A stretch of 64,000 nucleotides of DNA, taken from contig CBDBCZ010000017.1 in NCBI GenBank assembly GCA_965203295.1, positions 832,001 through 896,000 of the forward strand, in the 5' to 3' direction. Positions 13,758-64,000 of this stretch are shown piece by piece. The notes below the pieces were generated by a model. That model had not been told where the DNA came from and searched no databases. It was given only the letters and a program-made list of their open reading frames with translations. Source of the stretch: Nitrospirales bacterium (GTDB lineage Bacteria > Nitrospirota > Nitrospiria > Nitrospirales > UBA8639). A program made the position numbers and the translations under genes. Each line of letters begins with the position of its first letter. The stretch's first letter is position 1.

Positions 13758-15394
13758 CCACCACGAAGGCACGACCTCAAGAACTACGCCTAGTGTAAGG
13801 ATGTTTTCCAAGTAATTGTGCAAGGCCAAGTTTTCCAGGAATCACGGACATGATCTATACAGGTTACGCTGCCAATTCTATTTGTAAAGATGCTTTCAAG
13901 AGAGTAATATAGCTGTACCCAGTGGGAGGGAGATCACGCCAAACCAGCTGTTAATTGATAGCTGATGAATAATTGTGAAAAGGTGCTATACAGATCACAT
14001 CCTGGTTTCCTTCCACTTTGGAAAAGAGGGTTATGAAAGATGAATGCTGTTTCCTTCTTCCTGAGCATGGGTTAAAGTACATTAGAGGTTCACATGTATG
14101 ATCTATACAGGATTTCTTTCAGGTGAGTAGTATAGCAGGAAGGAAGCCACACCAAACCAACTGTTAATTGATAGCTGATGAATAGTTATGAAAAGGTGCT
14201 ATAGAAATCATTTCCTGGTTTCCTTCCACTTTGGAAAAGCTATTTCCTTCTTTGTGTGGGCAGAGTACGATGTCCTACAAGACCAGTGTAGTCAGAGATC
14301 ATCATCACAACACCTCCACATGATCACAACACTTCTGCTGGGTTCCTCAATAGTTGTGTAGAAAGTGTGTTGCGCCCACTCATTGATAGCTGTGTACATG
14401 CCTTGGTTTGGAGGTACATGTATGTATGGTGACCTTCACCATAGACCAATATAGCTATTCCAATACTCTCCAGGGCCGAATAGCAAAATATTACGTAGAA
14501 ATCCTCTCTTTTAGCTTATTCACTGTAGCTACACCACATTGTGCATCCATTTTCTTTAGTGAGAACAGTCCTTCTGCTTTTAGAGAAGTTTAAACAGGAC
14601 TTCAGTCACTGTTTTTGTTGTTTCTTTGCCGAAGTACTGCACTGTTTCGCACAATGTTTTTATCATCCATCTATACTTTTTGACGTCAAACATCTACCCC
14701 AACATCATGCATACATGGTAAAATCGACCAGGCTCCCCCTGCATGCCCCTGCCTAGCAACTTCTGTTTATTTGTGTGAGTGCATGCATGGGGGAGTGGGG
14801 GAGCCTGGGAATGGGGCTTCAGTGTGTTGTTCTTATATATTAGGCATGAATGTGGAGTAATAATATATAACTGTGTCTGTGCATGGCTGGAAAAAAAGAT
14901 GTACATGTAGCATGTGTTACTCCCCTATCTGTATATAGTTCTATATATATCTCCCCCTTGCAGGTCCCTCCCAGCTCGTTCCAGAGAGGGGTCCCTGGAA
15001 CGTTTAATGAACTGGCAACTTCAAAATGTGTAGTAAATAAAAATATATATTCACCCCACTGTGCCACACTCATGTATCAGTGCGTACATTGGGGTGCAGT
15101 GTTGTAAACAACTAAATGTACATTGTAGCATGCAGTAGAGACATTTGCATTTGTGATCTGTCATTGCCCTGTAATTGTAAACTGTCTCCAATACTAACAT
15201 GGAGGTGTTGCAATGATTTTCAGTATAATATATTGCCAAGCCTCAGATACAGGCTAGAATGTATAAAAATAAATTTGAATATTGCCTGATGGTCCCTGAG
15301 GTTTTTCAGTGGCTATAGACTGGTCTTGTAAGACTGTGCATGTGCTCTGCCCACATGCAGGAAGAAGGAAACAGAACCAGGACGTGGTCTCTAG

Positions 15395-15474
15395 TAGCCT
15401 CGGTCCCAGGCTCTCACTCCGCTTTTCGTACTGCAAGCGACGAAAAGCTGGATGAGAGCCTGGGACCGAGGCTA
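15395..15474. mobile_element. TAG...CTA MITE with 9-bp TSD (Academ-like)
   Basis: TAGCCTCGGTCCCAGGC...GCCTGGGACCGAGGCTA flanked by GGTCTCTAG on both sides. Confidence 0.75.
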
Positions 15475-16741
15475 GGTCTCTAGTGCCCTTTTCACAACTA
15501 TTCATCAACCAACAGCTGGTTTGGTGTGGCTTTCTTCCTGCTGGGAGCAGCTATACATGTACTAATCTCCTGAAAGCATCCATACATGCAATTGGCAACA
15601 TATATAAGGTCATATCAGTGATTCCTGGAAAACTCTGATGTAAGTACATTAAAATCTTCCTTGGTATAGACTGCATGGTCTTGCAGGATGGTAATCTGAC
15701 CACAGGAAGAAGGAAACAGCATTCCTTTTCTAAACCCACTTTTCCAAAGTGGAAGGAAACCAGGACAGTCGTTCCGCAAGTGACACGTATACGGGGATTA
15801 TTGAAAAAACAGGAAGTTAGAACGTAAGCGCATTCCAATGTTTAATTAGCGGCACTATAGCTTCCGGTGTGTTTGCAAGACCTAGTACCACGAAGTCAGC
15901 AGCTGGACGCGCCTGGTTTGCCAGCGGTTTTATAGGCCTATACCTCTGCTATTTACATCCCACGTCTCAAGTTGCAGGCGCTTACCGCTTGGCCTACAGA
16001 AGCCGTTTTGTACGGGCGGTTCGATCGTGCTTCGCGCGAGAGGGGTGCGGTTTTTCTTAGTACATTTTTGTTCGCCCCTCCCTGAGCTGCACAAAACTGG
16101 TACCATTCGAAAGCACTGGAATAGGGCTACAGAATACGCGAAAACTGGATATGTACCGGAGGCAGGCTCCGAGATACGCGCGCTGGTATGCGGACTGAAA
16201 AATTGCAAATTCCTAGTACCACGTGGTGCAAGACAGTGGCTTCTAACCAAGAGTGCAACTGGAAGAGTCATGTCAGGGCACTCAGAACTGCTGGGCTTTG
16301 TGTCATGAACGTCTGAAAGGCATACACAACCATCCTGGGCAGTGAAACTGTGGTACAGTGCCATCCTCACTTAGGCTACTTGATATGCAAATAATGCAAG
16401 GGCTAGCAAGGCTGATATAGCTAAACTAAGGGGCCTGAAAATAAATGGGTAAAGCAAGAGATAGGCCTACAGAAGAAAAGAACCATGGAAGTTGCTGTGT
16501 ATCTGGGTGTAGTCATGTAAGTGCTGCACATATTGACACTGTGTATTAAACGATGGGGAGTGGTTGGGCAGGACTCGTGTCCCTCAGTGTATCAGTAGTT
16601 ACCATGGCATCAGCAGGGGCACTGGTCTCATGCAAACTATGATGCAGGCTATATGGTAACTATATTACACTGAGGCATGGGGATAGAGGCCAGGGCTTCT
16701 AGGTGTTAACAAGCTGAGAGATCCACTCTAGTAAGGAGGTT

Positions 16742-17328
16742 GGTCGTTACTAAAACCCGGGACGGGACGGGCCAGTGACGGAATATTCCGTCCCGTCCCG
16801 GCTGCTAAAACACAGGATGAGACACACACACAAGCTGCTATCAGTGGATGACTATAGGTTATCTATGGGATGAGTGGCTGTTGCACGCTGCTGCAGCCCT
16901 CCAGCATGCAGTTTGTTGCTGGTGAGTCTGCTGCTTTCGCCGTACGCAGTAGTCTGGTCACGAGACTACGTAAAACTTACGCAGTGAGGCACTGACGATA
17001 CAGTGCATTACAGTGACAAAACATGCTGCCTGAAGACACTCGATCATGCCTGGCAACCTTACTGTTTCTCAAGCAACAGTTTAATACTGTCTTTGTTACC
17101 ATGTCGATATTTTTTTTAATATAATAGTCTCTTCCGCGCCCGAGAGAGTCTAGCTCGAGAGTTATGTTTCTAGATTTGCAACTCAGAGTTTAACCAAACT
17201 CACCAGCAACAAACTAGGGGTTTGTAGCAGTGTACAAAAGTCACACAGCTTCTGTTTTGTTCCGCGTGTCCGCATCGTCCTGTGTTTTAGCAGCCGGGAC
17301 CGTCTTGTCCCGGGTTTTAGCAACGACC
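16742..17328. mobile_element. Nested MITE with GG termini and 8-bp TSD
   Basis: GGTCGTTACTAAAACCCGGGAC...GTCCCGGGTTTTAGCAACGACC, flanked by AGGAGGTT at 16734-16741 and 17329-17336. Confidence 0.8.
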
Positions 17329-17472
17329 AGGAGGTTGTGTTAACAAACTTGGCAATGGCAGATGAATATGTGGGCCCTACTACTTTCAGAATAATCAAGT
17401 CACCGCTTCCCACAAATCTGGCTAGCACAATCAATGTAGTCATGGAACCTCTCATAAAGTCTGGCGTTAATA

Positions 17473-17708
17473 CCTCTCGCGAAAAACGGAGGGTCTGGTA
17501 CAGACACTGTATTGGATTTATCTGTTAATTTGGAATGTGAATGCTATATGACGAATTAAGGAGATCCTTCAGTGCACCTACAATCTGATTGGTCGGACTG
17601 TACATGTACCTTTGCCGACGTTCTATGTCATCTTTTTATGATGCTTTACACTGAGACAGGCAAATCCAATACGGCGTCTGTACCAGACCCTCCGATTTTT
17701 GCGAGGGG
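17473..17708. mobile_element. Nested palindromic MITE
   Basis: Arms ctcgcgaaaaacggagggtctggtacagac..tattggatt / aatccaata..gtctgtaccagaccctccgatttttgcgag. Confidence 0.6.
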
Positions 17709-19330
17709 CTGTCTACACCATGCAGTCTACCTTTCATGGTACTGCTGCAATCTAGCTTAGTAGCCCTGTAGCTGCAGCTACCAGCTCACAGCTGTTACAC
17801 TACACCCAGGTACATTGTACACAGCAACTTCCATGTTTCTTTTCTCTGTAGGCCTATCTCTTGCTTTAAGCATCTATTTTAGTTTATATCAGCCTTGCTA
17901 GACCTTGCATATCAAAGTAGCTGAAGTGAGGATGGCACTGTACCACAGTTTCACTGCCCAGGATGGTTGTGTATGCCTTTCAGACGTTCATGACACAAAG
18001 CCCAGCAGTTCTGAGTGCCCTAACATGACTTCTCCAGTTGCACTCTTGGTTAGAAGCCACTGTCTTGCACCACGTGGTACTAGGAATTTGCAATTTTTCA
18101 GTCCGCATACCAGCGCGCGTATCTCGGAGACTGCCTCCGGTACATATCCAGTTTTCGCATATTCTGTAGCCCTATTCCAGTGCTTTCGAATGGTACCAGT
18201 TTTGTGCAGCTCAGGGGGGGCGAACAAAAATGTACTAAGAAAAACCGCACCCCTCTCGCGCGAAGCACGATCGAACCGCCCGTACAAAACGGCTTCTGTA
18301 GGCCAAGCGGTAAGCGCCTGAAACTTGAGACGTGGGATGTGAATAGCAGAGGTATAGGCCTATAAAACCGCTGGCAAACCAGGCGCGTCCAGCTGCTGAC
18401 TTCGTGGTACTAGGTCTTGCAAACACACCGGAAGCTATAGTGCCGTTAATTAAACGCTGGAATTTTCTTACGTATACACTTTCCGTTTCTTCAATAATTG
18501 TCCGTATACTGCCATCTGCGGTACGACTGAGGATGTGATCTGTACAGTGCCTTTCACAACTATTCATCAGTTGTCACTGGTTTGCTGTGACCTCCTGCTG
18601 GGTACAGCAATTCTATACTCTCCTGAAAGCATGTTTATGCATATAATTGGCAAAGTAATATTTGTGATTCCTGCATGGGAAATTGGGCCTTAGCTACTTG
18701 GAAAACTATGTTTACACTATAATTATAATAATAATTATTATGTTATAGGTAGATCAAAATTTGGTACATGTAGCATGCAATCAGCCATGCATGCAAGCAC
18801 ACTTAGAAATAACCCAAAATCGTTAAGTTACATCTGGGGGTCTCATAACGCAAAGTATGTATGACTTCAACAAACACTGTCTTCCTTTGCAAATGGGTGT
18901 GACTGTGCAGCTGGAGAACTTCCTGGTCCCATGTTCGCTATATAGCTAGCCTCCACCCATGCCGCTTTTTGTCTATACGTAGGCATGTGTATGCTAATTT
19001 TAAGCAATACTGCATGCATATAAGGGGAAATAATTATAGTAGGCATGCCACCAACATGTGTCCTGTTCTGTGTATACATTACCATGCATGTACATGCACT
19101 CCAAGGCGAATCCTGACTGTTATGCGGGAAATTATATTCTACAGGTTTCCAGCATCGATCTCCTGAAAGGTGGTCACAGCAATTTTCATTTCAAAGCTCT
19201 TTGGAGGGGTAGGAGCATTAACAATCTCACTGAACTGTGACAGTACCGAAAATGCAATTTCCAGCATTTCCATAAAATGACAGAGTGCACGTGCATGTTG
19301 TGAGCTTGAACTTGAATTACGGCTCTAGCT

Positions 19331-19407
19331 TAGCCTCGAACCCAGCCGTCCCAGCTTTTTTTCCGCTTGCAAGCGAAAAAAAGCTGGGACGGCTGGGTTC
19401 GAGGCTA
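19331..19407. mobile_element. TAG...CTA MITE with 9-bp TSD (Academ-like)
   Basis: TAGCCTCGAACCCAGCCGTCCCAGC.. perfect arms; TSD GCTCTAGCT. Confidence 0.75.
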
Positions 19408-20488
19408 GCTCTAGCTATAATTATCCATGTAGGGATAGCAGGTTGATGTATACAGTTTGAAACTAAGCATGCAAGATATCAATCAATACTTTACTTTTAC
19501 TGCTGTGTGTGCGTAACGGACGTGGCGTGCACTAATGACACTCGAATGCGCGAGAAGACCGTGACGTCATCATTTGTTCATAGCTAATTAGTACTTTGAC
19601 CGCTGCATGCGTTGGGATGACTTCGACCGCTAGCGCTGGGTGCGTTGGGATGCTCTGACAGCCGACGGTATTATCATGATGGCCTCTTCGAGCGCGCTCT
19701 ATTGCGAAGGTTAGTGGCTGTATAGTCCTGTAAGTGCAAACCATGCACAGCTGTAACTGCTACACTACAGACAAACTACGACGGTGTGCATTAAGTGGAG
19801 TCAGTTCCATTCGCCTACATGTGCTGATGTCGGTATGGTTTTGTAATTGTTTGCAGTCTCTCCTTTGAGTTACTGCCTCCACATGGCTCAGGTAGAAAAG
19901 CTGTCAAACTCTCGATCAGGCTACTGCCACTGGCAGATGCTCCACATTCCATATGATAGCTATACTACATGGACATTACATAATACATGTCTGCTTTGGC
20001 CAAAATGTAGTGTGCACGCATACTATATACTTACCCCCCACTGTGATGAGTCAATTTTCAACACTGACATGTGGCTTAGTCAAAAGCACTGCTTCATTGA
20101 CAGAAGATGCTATACTGTTCCATGCAAATCACATAGAGGTCACAGTTTTCACTTCTATCTTTACAGAGTGAGTGAGTTGAACACACACAAGTACTTGCGC
20201 GAGCGAAGCGAGCGCAAGTACTTGTATAATTATGTACATATGTCTATCATGGCAACAGATTTACAGCAATGCTACAAACTTGCATGGATTGAGGCTGACC
20301 ATCAAAATTTGTTGCTGAACAGTTTAGCTATACAGCTAGCCATATGCATGGAAGTGGTTGAAGGTAAAAAATTCATTATTAATTACACCAATATACATAC
20401 TATGAAATCTAAATGTACAAGGAGTCGACATATTGGTTAAAAGCTATAAGTATACGAAGAGTGTAGCACGGCTCTAGGTACAAGCAGA

Positions 20489-63374
<42,886 letters not shown>

Positions 63375-64000
63375 CTTTGTGTTTTTACGACACGAGTACA
63401 GCCGGCGAGAGAAAGGTACTCACAAACGCAGCTACACTGTATGTAGAGAATAACAAACAAACAGAGTTCTCTCTATGTTGCTTTAGAGGGGTGCCCGGTA
63501 CCACCCTGTTGTGATAAAGTACCCACCTATAGGGCTTAATGCACCTACTGTACCCCCTTTTTTCAGAGATGAATTTAAAGACTAGATGAGATACAACAAA
63601 GTTTAGTAGTATCAGTAATATGGTATTTAGGGTGACTTGACAATGATGGCATAGAGATGCAATGATGTCATAGTGATGTAATTAGTGCAGGGGCCTACTA
63701 CATAATGCCGGTGAGAACACTTGCAAAGCAACAATAAGCCATCCCCATAATCACTGTGTAGGTTCACTATAATAGGGGCTCACCAAAACTGGCAATTTTT
63801 CCCAAAATTTCGATGTACTTGCCATAGATAGCGTTCTATGACACCAGGCTAACTTGCAAATACTATATAGCTTTTCAGTTCTAGTTTAAAAGGTTCCTGA
63901 TTGGCAGAGAGTAGGGTCAGATTGGGTCTTACATGTAGCTATTTAAATGTAGCAAGAAATTTTTTGAGTGTGCACGTCTCAGAAACTACGTAAACATGCT

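Larger units (their letters stand above)
15766..18529. mobile_element. Foldback non-autonomous DNA transposon, ~740-bp TIRs, 4-bp TSD AGGA
   Basis: 15766-16512 is the reverse complement of 17800-18529. Ends are CAGTCGT...ACGACTG with AGGA on both sides. The empty-site homologue GGAAACC-AGGA-TGTGATC is present (reverse strand) at ~13990-14015. Confidence 0.8.

Noticed and set aside
15869..18567. Mirror-image ORFs (146/138 aa, 93/99 aa)
   Set aside because: They arise from the two TIR arms of the foldback element, are frameshifted relative to each other and carry no transposase motifs.

Overview
Eukaryotic, intron-rich animal DNA, most likely a demosponge; this is inferred from the gene families, the repeat types and the frequent TACATGTA motif. 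The window is dominated by a 26-exon, ~43 kb full-size ABCB1/P-glycoprotein gene on the minus strand (63374->20489), which I reassembled by hand from GT-AG sites and phase continuity. It has two local defects, in exon 7 and exon 21. Its introns host an intronless secreted Cys-rich gene on the opposite strand (with a second copy at 12.4-13.7 kb), an orphan integrin-beta exon, a broken Crypton-type tyrosine recombinase, a tRNA-derived SINE, a hammerhead-like cassette and many MITEs. Left of ABCB1 lie a 3-exon single-pass membrane protein gene, an intronless multi-pass membrane protein gene, two tandem Kolobok-like elements and a 2.76 kb foldback element with nested MITEs. The most unusual signals concern splicing. 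Exon ends plus splice donors are repeatedly amplified in tandem (one array has 12 donors), and (GU)n/(AC)n tracts are paired at the two ends of long introns whose acceptors lack a polypyrimidine tract. No database searches were possible, so family calls rest on motif recognition.
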